From Camelus dromedarius (taxonomy: Eukaryota), in NCBI RefSeq assembly GCF_036321535.1, contig NC_087437.1, positions 53,136,001-53,200,000 of the forward strand: a stretch of 64,000 nucleotides of DNA. Direction: 5' to 3'. The notes beneath the pieces were generated by a model that had not been told where the DNA came from, made no database searches, and saw only the letters and a program-made list of their open reading frames with translations. The stretch's first letter is position 1. Each line of letters starts with the position of its first letter. Position numbers and translations under genes: made by a program. Shown in pieces: positions 36,830 through 49,560 of this stretch.

Positions 36830-37800
36830 CACTGTACTATGTTTGAATCCCAGCTTTGCACTTGGGAAGGGCACCATTTAGATAGCTTAGAATAACTCAG
36901 AATTTAAAATCGGATCAGATTTCAAACTGGGGCCAATATCTGGCTCTGTTATTTACTTACCTAATAGTTTTGTAAACTTTGTGAAGTTTCAACATCTCTG
37001 ACTCTTGCTTTACTCATCAGGTAACGGGGATAATGATGACTAGCTTTCAGTTTGCATAGCTAATTCAATGGGTGGTGAAAACTGAAGTGCACAGAGGTTT
37101 TATATAACATTCCTAAGTCATGTGACTAATAAGTGACAGACCTGGGATTCCAACCCAGGGCTCTTCAGTTTTGATGTTTTTGGACTTTCTAGGGCACTCT
37201 GCTGCCTGGCACATGCCCTCAACTCTTTGGACTGAAGCAAGGCATAAATAACTAGATAAATGCCTAGATCAAGAATATGCATAGTTCCCCTCCCTACCCC
37301 TATTTTCCTTGGGACCTTAAGAAACCCCGACTCATTATCACTGAATTTTTTCATTAAAAGCGAGGGAAACTGTAGGTCAGGCTGACTGTGAGGGTTAGAC
37401 TCATTAGTGTCAGCAAAGATACCCAACAGAGTATTCACATGGTAGGTACTAATTAAATGGTAACTAATGTAGGTTCTAACTTTGAGATTTGGGGTTAATT
37501 CTTCTAACAAGTTTTGCTGATAGTGACAGGACTTGTAGTGATGGAAGTAGTTGTAGTAAGAGCAGCATGAGATAACATTTGTAGAACACTGGGAAATCGT
37601 CAAGTGCCAGAAAACAACTCTCATTTAAATAATCTCATCTAAATTCACAACAACCCTCCTAACAGATGTCATTATTTATTCCTATTTTTATAGATTAAGA
37701 CAGAAAGGCATAAAAAAAAGAGGGTAAGTCACTTGCCCAAAGTCATCCAGCCTTACATGGTAGAAAAGGGATCAAATCCAGGGTTCAGGCTATTGTGAAT
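36830..37800. mobile_element. Cluster of MIR fragments in both orientations
   Basis: 'tttgaatcccagct', 'cctgggattccaacccaggg', 'aagtcacttgcccaaagtcatccagc'. Confidence 0.7.
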
Positions 37801-39424
37801 TCTCTACCTCAAATGGATGCCAACACATGAACCCCAAGGTTTGCTGGAATTTGTTTCCATGAAGGGTCTTATGAGCTAAAAAGGAAATAAAAAAGACACT
37901 TTCCAGGAAGCACCATGACTGCTGGAGAGGCAGGCCCAACTAGCTCCCTGGCTCTGCTTCTGGGAGCTAACCCTGGGCTTTCGAGGACAGTGCTAGCAGT
38001 TGGGACAGAGGTGAGGTCACTGTCACCAAGCCATTGTCTCCCAGTGGCTCCCCAGCCCTAGCCTTTGCTTCCACGGCCCCCTGGCCCACCAGCCTCCATT
38101 GCTGAGGCCAAGGGGAAGGAGAGAGAGACCTGGGCTAAAGACTGGTGAGAGACACAGTCAGAAGGGAGAAAAGTGGAACAAAAAAGCCTGCTGAGGGGGC
38201 CTGGCAGGGAGGTAGTCAGCCTGCTCATCTGTATGCTTGGGGTGAGGCTGCAGTGGGAGGCACTGCCTGGGTAGAGTCATGTGGATGTGGACTGTGAATC
38301 AGTCAAGCCCCAGGGACACCAGTTCCAGGCTTCTGGGGGCTCTGATCCCATTCCCTGCTTGTCCTTGTCCTCTGCCTAACAGTCGGATTGGCCTGAATGT
38401 GTGTGTGTGTGTGTGGTGCATTCCCACATTAAAGAGGCAGAAAAGATGGGAGCCCTCGAGTCAATTCCCAGCAAGGAGCTCAAGCCCAGGGCTGTCCTCT
38501 CACTTTCTCCCTGTAGCCGCTCCAAAGTCCTCTCCCCCAGATTGTTGGCAAAGCTGCAGAACTTCTGATTCAGTGACATTTTACAGGATCACTGTGTTCT
38601 TTCTTCAGAGCCATTTGCGATAGAACTGGGAACAGGAAGCCCACTGTCTCAGAGGACTGGACCAAGAATGGTGCTCCCCAAGCAACTGAAGGCTGTGGAG
38701 AGTAGGAGCGGGGTGAGCAAAGGGAGGAGCCAACACTCCTTGTGTTCCAGGCTAGCATCAGCTCCTGTCACTATTGTCTTTTCTTTTAATCCCCTCAGTA
38801 ATACCAGGACATGGTAAAATTGTCCTTACATACAGGGAGAGGAAATTGAAGCTGGGAGAGGTAAAAGTGACTCACCTAAGGTCATTCAGTGAGTTGGAGG
38901 CCCAAATGATATTTAACACCAGTCTTTTCTAATTCTCCATCATGACTCTTCCTTTATTTCATGAAGCCCCCAAACTTTGCCATGAACCAGAGTTCCTGGG
39001 ACCCATCACTGGTTTGCAAAGCAATGCTGAATGGTGTGAGCTCAGAGGGGTGTACACATGCACAGTTCTCATCGCATCTTATCTCCTTCTACACTCTAAA
39101 TCTAGGTTCTGTCAGAAAGTCTTCTGGAAAGACAGATGAATACCAGACCAAGCTGGCTACCTCCATGCATATGGACATGAATGAGGGTACACACCCAATC
39201 AGACACACACACACACACCTACTAGAGAATCTTGGAAAAGAATTGGTAGGTCATTTCATTTCATTCCATTAAAGTTCCAGTAGATCAACTAGACAGTTTA
39301 CTGGTCTGTGCTTGGAGATTTATGGACTGTAAGAATTTTTACAAAGGAAAGAATTGTAAGAAATAGTAACGAGTGGGGTGGAACCCCAACAATGCATAGG
39401 CTTGCACTGTAAGCACCCAGACTG

Positions 39425-39857
39425 TATGGTGGGAATGGTCATGGTGGAAGTGTGGTTTCGATACTGGTGGTGGCGGTGCTGGTGGTCCTGATGGAGGTGG
39501 TGGGGATGATGATGACCACAGGAGTAGAGGAGGTGGTGGCATGATGGTAGCAATGGAGGTGGTAGTGATGGTGGTGGTAGAGGAGGTGGAGGTAGTGGCG
39601 ATGGTGGCAGTGGAGGTGGTGCAGTAAGGGTCGTTTTTGGAGCAATGTTGGCAGAGGAGGTGGTGGTGGCCAATGATGGTGGGGGTGGTGGTAATGGTGG
39701 TTGGAGATGAAGGTGGTGGTGGAGGAGGAGCAGAGGCGATAGGATGGCAGTAATGGTCGTGATGGTTGTTGAAGGTGGAGGGGAGGTGATTCCAGAGGAG
39801 GAGGCAGGGATAGACGTGGAAGTGGTGGTGATAGTGGTCTTAGAGGGGATGGTGGTT
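39425..39857 (+). repeat. Long degenerate (GGT/GGA)n low-complexity repeat
   Basis: ~430 bp of ggt/gga/gat triplets. Confidence 0.92.
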
Positions 39858-40261
39858 TACCCTCTAAGATTTAGGGTAAGCTGAACTCCCCACAGCATAA
39901 GGAGCAAGTGAACACAGGGAAAGCTCCACGCCCAGAGCTGGCAGAGGATAAGTTCCTTCCCAGAACACCAAACGCCCATCCAGATTGTCTCGGGGTAGCT
40001 CACTGCCATGAGGAGAAGGAAAAATCCACAGTCCCCTCCTGGCCTGTTCTGCCCAGGGTGCTACTTGGCTCTGGTGGCTGCCCAGGCTAGAATCCTGCAA
40101 GATACAGCCAGTGTCCTCCATTTCCAGGTGACAAGATGACCCGATCCTGAGACCTGGCAGAAGTTTTGAAACTTCAATAAGAAATGGTTATGATAGAAAC
40201 ATCGTCAGGTCCACTCACCCTAACACATTTCTTCTGATAGGTACATAGGCACGTGCATGTG

Positions 40262-40264
<3 letters not shown>

Positions 40265-40312
<48 letters not shown>
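40265..40312 (+). repeat. (AC)n microsatellite
   Basis: Perfect AC run of ~24 units. Confidence 0.97.
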
Positions 40313-40317
<5 letters not shown>

Positions 40318-41649
40318 GCTTCTGCAGAGGTCCATGCTATTTGTTTTTAAAAACCAGTGCACATAGAATGAAATGTGTGCTTAACGTGCCACATGCCCAC
40401 CTCCACCATCCTGATCCAGGCTGGTTACATGATGCTGGCAACTGTGCCACTGACTTAGTCACTGAGACACCACTCGTGAGGAAAATCAATATGTTTTTTG
40501 CCTCTCTAAAGGGAGAGGACACCAGATGAAGAGCCACAAAGGGTGGCCTTGACAGCAGCTCTCCATGGTCCCCCAGTCAACAACAGGCTTGCCTTCTGCT
40601 TAGTTTTAGCAGCCCTCTCACCTGTCAGGAGTGACAGATGAGATACTTGATAGAGGAAACCTCTATTCTACGTGATCTCTATTAACTAGCATGACATATG
40701 GGCTTCCCTTGGTGAGTAGCCATTTTCAAGACTGGTTTAATGTAGCCTTGACCCATAATGACTCCTCCCATTTATTATGCTCCGCAGAACCCCTTCCCCA
40801 CAAAAACATGTTCAGCTCATACTCCATGCACCCCTCTATCCATCACCCTCCATGTTCCTGGTAGCACCTCTCAAATCACAAGTGTCTGCCTTTGATACAA
40901 TCCCTTACTTCCTTGCATGGGGTGAGTAACAACCTCTAGGGCATGAAGGTCAAAAAGCATGCAAATATCATTCCTTCTTGGTGCCTGGTTCTTGGGAGGT
41001 ACTTAGAAAATGAACATTTAATGAAGGAAATGAGGACTAGGGTTTACAGCTGTGGAATCTCTTCAGTTTTTTCAAGGCCACATTAACTGCAGGGCAGGGA
41101 AGGGGTCAGTTGATATGAATGGCCTCCAGGAAGCAAAGGGCGCAAGTCAGCAATGCCAGACTACAAATGCAGATTTCTAGGACCACAGGCTATCAAGTCT
41201 CTGCCTGGACAGGGATGCGTAAGACGACGGCACATGTTGGTACCTGGAAGTTCTCCAGACACCCAATTTTAAGGGTTTTGTCTGTATCTCTGTTGCTTCT
41301 ATGAGGACAGTGTCAGCCCTTGGCAGCTACAGCAGCCCCCTGAAACTCTGGACGGCGACTCAGAGGTTAGCCGTGAACAAAAAGTCACCTGTGGCACAAG
41401 GCTTAGGCGCTATGTGTACCTGGCAACACTGTCCCTGCAACCCCACTGGCTCTCAGTCTCCATACAAGGAGAAGCCCCAAATTCTAGCAACCTGCAGAAG
41501 CAAAGGCCAGTTTTAAGGAAGTTGCCACTTTCCATGATAAAATAATACCCAGACTCTGCTGCAGGTTCTGGTTGCCAGCGGAACTTCCCAATTAAATCCT
41601 GATTCTATTCGGGCATCCACGCGTTACCAGCCGTGGCATTCCACTGGCA

Positions 41650-41968
41650 TCTGCTACTGGACCAGGTGTGGGAATGTGGGAAGTGTAAGAAATTACAGTC
41701 CATGCTCCTACTTCTTGATATGCACAGACATGCAGTCCTGATTCCCATTAGCAGCCATCGTAGAACCACAAGGGAAACCAGTTTGGGGTAGGAGCTGACA
41801 CTGTGGTCAGCTGAGTGGACCTGTGTATCTGATGCCATCACTGATGTGTGGATTCTGTCCTGCCTGGGGCCTACTCTACCCTATTGTAGGGAAATACATT
41901 TCCCTATTGTTTAAGTCACTTTGATTCAACATGTTCTGTTCCTTGCAGTCAAAAGGATCCTAAGTCAT
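41650..41968 (+). mobile_element. Old ERVL/MaLR LTR 3' fragment
   Basis: 'aatacatttccctattgtttaagtcactttg...ttccttgcagtcaaaaggatcctaa'. Confidence 0.55.
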
Positions 41969-42729
41969 CTATGCTGCAAGGCTGGCTGGGGAGGAAGGTT
42001 CTTCACGTGGAAAGAGGCAGAAAAAACAACACAGCCCAACTCTCACTTCCAAAGATTCACCTTTCATGGTGACCTCAGAGGACGCTACTCTTTAATGCCG
42101 TAACCACAACCTTTTGTGGGCAGGCTAGGGGATCTAAACAATTCTTCATGCGGTGTTCAGAGATAGTAGCAGGAAAATAAGCATACAGAGTAATTTGCAA
42201 CCAGATGATCTGGTTCTCAAGATACTGTGTGGTCTCTAGATTGTGGCTTTGGGGTTCATTCAGTCTCTGTATGTTGGGCGCCATCTAGCATCCAAGAGTC
42301 GTGCCTTAGAAGTGCATGCTTTTTGATGTTTAGTAGGGGAGTAAGGGAAAGACCCTTAGAGGAGCAGAGAATCCTCTCTCCCCCTCTCAGTTTCCTGACT
42401 CTTCTTATGGTGACTGACTCAGGAAAGGCCGCATTTCTGAACTTTAAGAAGTCCTTCTTAAGGCCACAACAGGTACAGTGAATAATGTGGTTGAATAATT
42501 CACAAAAAGGAAACTCTATCCGAGTACAATGCAATGGCGTGAGCACTGATACAAGAGCCAGAAATAGGCTATCGAGTGGGACAAGAGCATTATTTCTTTA
42601 TAAGATACAGAAAGGGTCATGGGTCTCTACCAGTGTGGACCCCCAGATCAGCCAGGCCCAGGCCTCTGTGCCCAAGCTGAGCACAGCCTAGAAGAGACAG
42701 CACAGCACATACCCGCCGTCCCCATATTG

Positions 42730-42965
42730 GCAGTGGAGCGTGGCAGGAGCAGAAGCGTGGGGCCCAAGGCCGGGCTTTGACCCTGCTTCTGGCACTTGCT
42801 TGTTGTGTGGACTTAAGCAAGTCAAGTCACTTAGTCCTTTGCCCCTCAACTTCTTCGTGTGCAAGCCTACTACATATGTTGTCGTGATGATTAAGAAGAT
42901 AAAGTATTTGACTGTGCCTGGCACATAGTAGTTTCCCAATGCACGGCCATTAGTTTTAGTTATTA
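42730..42965 (+). mobile_element. MIR SINE
   Basis: 'gggctttgaccctgcttctggcacttgc...gtgcctggcacatagtag'. Confidence 0.8.
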
Positions 42966-43375
42966 GCCCTTTCCCACTCCCTTCTGTGACCTGTCTGTTT
43001 CAGAAACTCTCAGCTATGTCTTAGCAGCTCATCCTTCTGCCGGGCCTCTACGTCAGCCTCAGCTTGGGCACACAACATACTCTTACCCGAGCTACAGCAT
43101 CGGTGGTACTCCATCCTGACAATGTCCCACAGACATTCTTGAAGAACAGCCTCTGGCATCTCCAGGCCCCAGGACTCTACCTGTCCAGATGTGACTCCCT
43201 GGGCCTCATTCCCATCCATCACATCTGGACGGGACCAACCCCAAAGCCTCTGAGAGGCTCTGGTTGTAACCAGAGAAGACTGTCCCCAGGGAAGATGAGC
43301 CCATGAGGCAGCCCCATTGGGAGCGTTGGAGAGGTGCATGGCTTCCGTTGAGCCTTCACGCTTTCAATGATATGA

Positions 43376-43410
43376 CGGCACTGAGCGGCACTGAGCGGCA
43401 CTGAGCGGCA
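43376..43410 (+). repeat. Perfect 10-bp tandem repeat (CTGAGCGGCA), 3.5 copies
   Basis: cggca ctgagcggca ctgagcggca ctgagcggca. Confidence 0.95.
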
Positions 43411-43659
43411 AACCGCACCGGCTTGGGAGGGAAGCGTGTCTGGGCACTGCCAGCATAGTAAACAGTTTGATCTCTCTTAATGAGGCCCGTCTGCCTGGGG
43501 TGGACCAGAGCTGACAGAGTCTCCTGGGGCTACTAGCGCCAGATGCCTTTCAATGGGTTTTACCATCGATCTTAATAAACACAAGGAGGCAGCAACTGGC
43601 ATGATAAATTCAAAATAACCCTGGCCTGAAAGACTTGCGTTCAGAAAGTCCCACCATTT

Positions 43660-44095
43660 CAAATCAATTCAACCGATACTTACAGGGCATCTCCCATGAG
43701 CCAGTCACTGTACTAGGCACTGGGATTACAAAGACGAGTAAGGTTTCCATTGTCCTAGAGAGGCTTAGAGCCAGAGGGGGAGGTGAGGGGAGGGGCAGAT
43801 GAGGGCCAAGAAGGTAAAAAGTATTACAGGTTCTAACACAGGGGCATAAAAGAGGGGTCAGTTCTCCTGGGCACAGGAGGTCAGAAACGTCTTTACAGGA
43901 AAGTGACCCAGATATCGGTTTGACGAATGTTTATTGACTGTTAACTGGCACCAATTTCCGTGCTAGAGGATTTCACAGGCATTATCTCATTTATGCTTCA
44001 CAAAAACCCTGTGAAGTAGGTATTATTATCCCTGTGATATTCAAAGATGAGGAAACGTGTAAGTCCAAAGGTCACATGGCTGATGAATGCCGTGG
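43660..44095 (-). mobile_element. L2 3' fragment followed by MIR
   Basis: 'gccagtcactgtactaggcactggga'; 'attatctcatttatgcttcacaaaaaccctgtgaagtaggtattattatc'. Confidence 0.75.
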
Positions 44096-44329
44096 AGCTT
44101 TGGTAGAGTTAGGGGATGTCCTAATGTTGGGGATCTAATTTGCTCATGCACATGAGCTTGCAACCTAGCAATTATATAAGTAGATGTCTAGATATCTACT
44201 CATCACTCTGGTGACAGGAAAATTCATGCAAGTGAAACCCGCAAATGGAGAAGCTAAGGTGAACCCTCCTCCCTTATATCTCCACTTCCTTCCTCATTAT
44301 CACTCTCAGTTTCAGAGGCCCTAAACTTG

Positions 44330-44344
44330 ACACACACACACACT

Positions 44345-44401
<57 letters not shown>

Positions 44402-44452
44402 AGGAAGAGGAGGAGGAGGAGGAGGAGAAGGAGAAGAAGAAGAAGAAGAGAA
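44330..44452 (+). repeat. Compound microsatellite (CA)n-(GAG)n-(GAA)n
   Basis: CA run 44330-44399 with one interruption, directly followed by purine triplets. Confidence 0.95.
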
Positions 44453-45324
44453 TTATTTGCCTCCAGAAGCCACTATGCTTCTCTATTTCATCATGGTTGC
44501 CTTGAAATTCACAAAGAGCCACTGCGAAGGACACTAGAGTAGGGTGGGCTGAGAAGGAAAGGCTAATGGGAGGGGGAAGGAGAGGGGAAGGTGAGAAGAA
44601 AAGAGGAATAGGAGGAAGTCCTACCAGGGCTGTGAGGACCTAGGGCTAAGAGACAAGAAGAGAGGGTGAGTGTGGAGGCAGAGACGGAGTCAAATGGGGA
44701 GAAGAAGATAATGAGGGTGAACAGGGATGGCACACTGCCCCAGAGAGGAAAGCAGGAAGAACCATAGCCAGGCTCAAACAGGGCAAAAATGGATGTTTTT
44801 CACATGTTCAGTCAATCCTAGTGACTCCTGCCTTGATCTTTGCATCCCAAACCTGAAGCCTCTTGCGGGGATACTGTACTGGCTCCTTCAAAGTATAGGC
44901 TCAAGTATTAGAAGTCCTGGTTTCTGGGGGAAGGGACTCAGCAAACCTGGCTTCACCTGAACCTTGGGCCCCTCATCAATAAAGGAAGAGAGTGGGGATT
45001 AGCCCAGGTGATCTTTCCAGCTTGGTACACTCCAGGACTTCAGAACCAGCTCATTTCCCTGGAGATTTGGTTGGAAAGAGAGGAGGCTAAGATTCTGGGG
45101 ACTTAAGCAGCTCTATAGACCATGGGAAGAAGTGGCAGATTTAAGACAGAATCAATGAACAAGCTGCTACTTAAGGAAGGCTAGCTTAGGTCTACCCTCA
45201 TCCACGTAGTCCTCCCAAAATTCTTTTGCCACCATACCATATTTCCCTTTCCCCTTGTAGACTCAGCTTTAACTGAGCAGTTGCTTACAGACTGAAGAGT
45301 CATTAGGTGCAAACCCCTAGCCCA

Positions 45325-45692
45325 GTGTAGCAGGCAGAATGGTGTCCTTCGGGTCCAAATCCCTGGAACCCCTGATAAGGGGCCTTGCAGGTGTGATTAA
45401 GTTAAAGATTTTGCGATGAGGTGATATTGGGTTATCCAGCTGTGCCCTAAATGCAGTCACACGTACCTTTATAAGTGGGAGGTGGGACAGATTTGACGTA
45501 GAGTCAGGAGAACATTCAGTGACACTGGCCTTGAAGGTTGGAGTGAGTGAAACAGTCACAAGCCAAGGGATGCCAGCAACCCCGAGAAGCTGGAAGAGGC
45601 GAGGAACAGATTCTCCCCTAGCCCTGTGACACATTGACTTCTGCCCGATCAGACTGACTTCAGACTGCTGGCCTCCGAGAAAGACACATCCG
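45325..45692 (+). mobile_element. MLT1 (C/D-like) MaLR LTR, 3' end missing
   Basis: 'tgtagcaggcagaatgg...ttgcaggtgtgattaagttaaagatttt...gaagctggaagaggcgaggaacagattctccccta'. Confidence 0.88.
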
Positions 45693-45694
45693 TT

Positions 45695-46066
45695 ATATGA
45701 ATTCACTTATATGTGGAATCTGAACAACAAAACAAATGAACAAACAAAGCAGAAATAGACTCATATATACAGAGAACACATAGGTGGTTGCCAGAGGGGA
45801 GAGGAGTGAGGGAAGAGTAAAATAGGTGAGGGAGATGGAGAGGTAAAAACTTCCAGTTACAAAATAGATGAACAGGGATGAAAAGTACAGCATAAGGGAT
45901 ATAATCAATAATGTAATAAATTTGTATATGACAGATGGTAACTAGACTTAGCATGGTGATCATTTTGCAATATATAGAAATATCAAGTCACTATGTTGTA
46001 CACCTGCAATGAATGTAATATTGTAAGTCAACTATACTTCCCTAAAAAAAATTGAAAAGAAAAAAA
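45695..46066 (+). mobile_element. L1 3' end with A-rich tail
   Basis: 'ttcacttatatgtggaatctgaac...gactcatatatacagagaac...tgtaagtcaactatacttc'. Confidence 0.9.
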
Positions 46067-47791
46067 TCATCACAATTCTACCATCCAAGGTCAACCATTG
46101 TTAACATTCTGGTACATTTCCTTCCAGTCGTTTTTCTGTAATTTTTACATAATTGAGATCATAGAGCATATATAATTTAAAATTTGCTTTCTAAATGTAA
46201 CATTTAGCATAAACCATCTCTCATATCATCAAAAATGCTCCATAAAGATTATTATATATTATGTACATATTAGTTGCTGCATAATATTTTTCAGTCTAAC
46301 ATTAACAATGATTTTAACCCTGAGTGAGCGCTCCCCTTAGTGCTCCAACTCCAGCCCATATTCTTTCATCTCTGTATGATCCATTTGCAGAACTCAGCCT
46401 CACTTTGACCTAAGAATTAGTTCATCGCAAAGCAACAATGAGCAGTGAACAATGTAGACTTTAATAAATGCATCTCTTAAATCACTTCTGATATATAGTT
46501 AGCCCCTATGTGACTGAGAGGCCAGCGGAAATTTTCTCATTTTTGTTTTTGATTCCCAGTTCTTCCTTCTTCTTAGATACCACCCCTACCCGCATTATAT
46601 CTTTTAACTACTGTTATAAGAGCTCCTAGCTTCACAGACTTACACTCATCCTGGGACTCAGGAAAACAAAGGGTCCCTGAACACCTGGACTCATGTACCT
46701 TCTGTAGAGGGCAATTTAGTGACGATCATTTGATACTTGAATAGACCTTAAAAATAGCCAACCCATCCCCTCATCCCCACTGACCTCATTTATCATCATC
46801 AAGTATTCCTTCCAGACACATAAAATGCCTTCCCTAGGAGTAAATGACTTTCTCAATTTCATTAAACTGGTATATAATAAAATCTCCTTAATTTGTTTCT
46901 CATGGGATCAATTTTTTCTTATTTAGGTCTGAAGAAGAAAAACTCATTTTAAGAAAAAATGGAAAACTGTGTACAAATATGAATCTTAAATATGTGAATT
47001 CCATAGAATCCACCAGTTCTAATCAAGGGATACTTGATGGGGGGAAGAAGGAACAGTGAGAATTCAAATAAAATCCAGTCAGTAGAAAGAGGGTGTTGGA
47101 TGGGTGAGGATGCCTAAAACCAAGGGCCAGGAAGTGGTACTTGTCTTCTGGGAAATTTCCCATTGCTGCCACAGTAGACCTGTCCCTATACTAGGGTCCT
47201 GCCTAGAATGCTGGGTCCAGGGGTGCACAGCTCATTTCTGAAAACCACAGCCAGTTGGACTGCGTTCAAAGGGAAATACATTTGAAGGGCTGTAAGAAAA
47301 ACTTGGAAGAAGGGAACCATGGCTGCGCGTTAAGCATCTGAAGGAAGTAGAAGGCGTGGGGGTGATAACCACTTACAACCAGGCAAAGACGGGCGAATCC
47401 TGAGAGGCTGTAAGTAATGGGAGAGGCAGGAGTTCCTAGAGAAGAAAGCTCTAAGGCACAGATGAAAGCAAGTCCCCGCTGCTCTGTGAGCTAATAAAAG
47501 CACTGCCTCCTCACAGCTTTTGTTTGTGAATAAGGAAATAAAGCACTCTACCAGGAGCAGTGTAGCTAAAGAGCCGCCCTGAGGACCACCCCCTCCCTGG
47601 ATGGTAACTGCTTAGAGTGTGACCAAGAACTGCCCGGCCATAAGGCACAGGTTGGAGGCTGTGTATCCGTTTCTTGCAGTCTGGGGACTCTGCAGAAGCT
47701 GGAGGTATTTCCCTGCCCCTTGCTCCACTCTCTAAGTGTCCGCTCTGTTACCCAAGCCTCCCAGAACGAGGGGTTGGGGGCGAGGGTGGGC

Positions 47792-47917
47792 TAGGGTTGC
47801 AGATTTAGCACAACCCACCCTCAAGAAAACCGCCCCCAAACCCCAGGATGCCCAATTAAATTTGAATTTCAGGATTTTTTAGTGTAAATATATTCCAAAT
47901 ACTGCACAGCAACCCTA
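47792..47917. mobile_element. Internally deleted MER53 MITE
   Basis: TIRs tagggttgc / gcaacccta; 'caggatgcccaattaaatttgaatttcag'. Confidence 0.8.
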
Positions 47918-49042
47918 AGATAACAACAGAACTAATGACTGCCCAAGTTTCTCTTTAATAGTAAAAAAAAGAGGAAGTTAGAGAAATAGGGAACTCTAGT
48001 TGTTGAACCAGCCTAGCTATGTGTTTGCGCTTGTGTGTGTGTGTGTGCGTGTGAAGAAGAGAGATTAAACTTTCAGCACTTCACTGGTTGAAGACAGATA
48101 CTTGGGGTACTCACAGGAAGATAAAAATGATTTTTTTGAAAGTCTAGGTTCCACTGTAAACAGAAAACACATCCTTTATGTAAATTTTTCACCATTTTTT
48201 TGAGATCACATTTTTTTCTCCTCTTAAGGCCCTCCTGTACTTACACCAGCAGAACTGTGATTTTGAGAGCTTGCCAATGCTCCCCAGCCGCCTTCTTAGC
48301 CACGAAGTCACACCTACTCTTAGCGAAGGCACTGACATCTTCCTGCCCCGGGTCCAGGGTCGATCTTTGATGGTGTCCAGTGTCTCCTCCCCTGTCATCA
48401 GGAACTAACTGTGAGACTGCTTGAAAGTTTTTCCCCAAAGTTGCTTTCCACACCTACTACCCCCACCTCACCATCACAGCTTCCTTACTGGTTGGAATTT
48501 GGTCTAGAGAAGTTTATCTGCTACTCCCTTTACTCCCTGAGAGATAAAATAGTCAGCAAGGCAAATTATGAGTGTGTCAGATGCTCTGCTTTTAGCCGAA
48601 TGATGCTCCACAGATCTGAATAGAGCAAATTCCCAGCTTCCTGTATTCTCCCTGGGGCCAGTTTTATGACCTGTATCAGACCTGCATCCTCCACTTCCTC
48701 TCTCTGACCGGGTTCTACTGTGTCTGCTCCCCTCTCGGGCTTGCCCACTTGCTCCTTTGCTACTCTCAGGAGCATTGTCCATTTCCAGGTAGCCTGTCTC
48801 TTCCTGACTTCTCTCTCCGCTCTGGCCTTTTGGTAAAGTTATAGGTAGCACTTGACCTTCAGGTGTCCTATTTCAGCCTTGAGACCCGTAGTACTATGAT
48901 GGAGAGACATACCAGAGCACGTGGACTGCCCCACGGATCACCTGTTTCCCTTTGCTCAAGACCCAGACATTTGGGACATCTTGTAATGAGAAATATTGTT
49001 TCAGGCACCCCATGGAGGCAGCTCAGATCCTTTTATTCATCT

Positions 49043-49560
49043 TGTGGTGGTGGTCTGCCTGGGGCTCCTTTCCTTCTCCTGCTTCTGGTGATAACAACTT
49101 CCTCTTCCTTTGGGAACTGCCCTCCCCCATGTCTCCTCATGTCTCTGCGGGGACCATCAATTGCAACATCCCACCCTCTGGCCACAGGAAGATTTCATCA
49201 ACCCCTGGATGAGCCCACCCAAGCGGTTTTTTCCCATCTTCCTATCGCAGAGACAGGCTCACAAGACAGCACATGCCTCAATCTGGATCAGTCTTCCCCT
49301 GGGAGCACCTACGAGGTCATGAGTTGGGTAATATAGACCTGAACAGTGAGTCACAATAATCCCCTCTCCTTCTGCTAAAAGAACCTTGTCCTTAAAGGCA
49401 AGTAGAGCTGAGTGGTGGAGGGAGACACAGATCTGGTGACATCATTTGAGTCCCTGTTCTGGTTATGCCTGTGGCCTCACCACCACTGGACTTCCATTTT
49501 TTGCTTTTGCTGCTTTGAGTTGGGTTTAACATTTGCAGCTAAAGAGTCCTGAACAACACA
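49043..49560 (+). mobile_element. ERVL-class solo LTR (LTR33/LTR16-like)
   Basis: Begins 'tgtggtgg', ends 'ctttgagttgggttt...ttgcagctaaagagtcctgaacaacaca'. Confidence 0.65.

Noticed and set aside
39320..39673. Proline-, histidine- and threonine-rich ORFs
   Set aside because: Translations of the GGN low-complexity repeat
43376..43410. CRISPR-like repeat
   Set aside because: Head-to-tail 10-mers with no spacers, in mammalian DNA
44274..44542. TH-repeat/poly-R and CV-repeat ORFs
   Set aside because: Translations of the compound microsatellite
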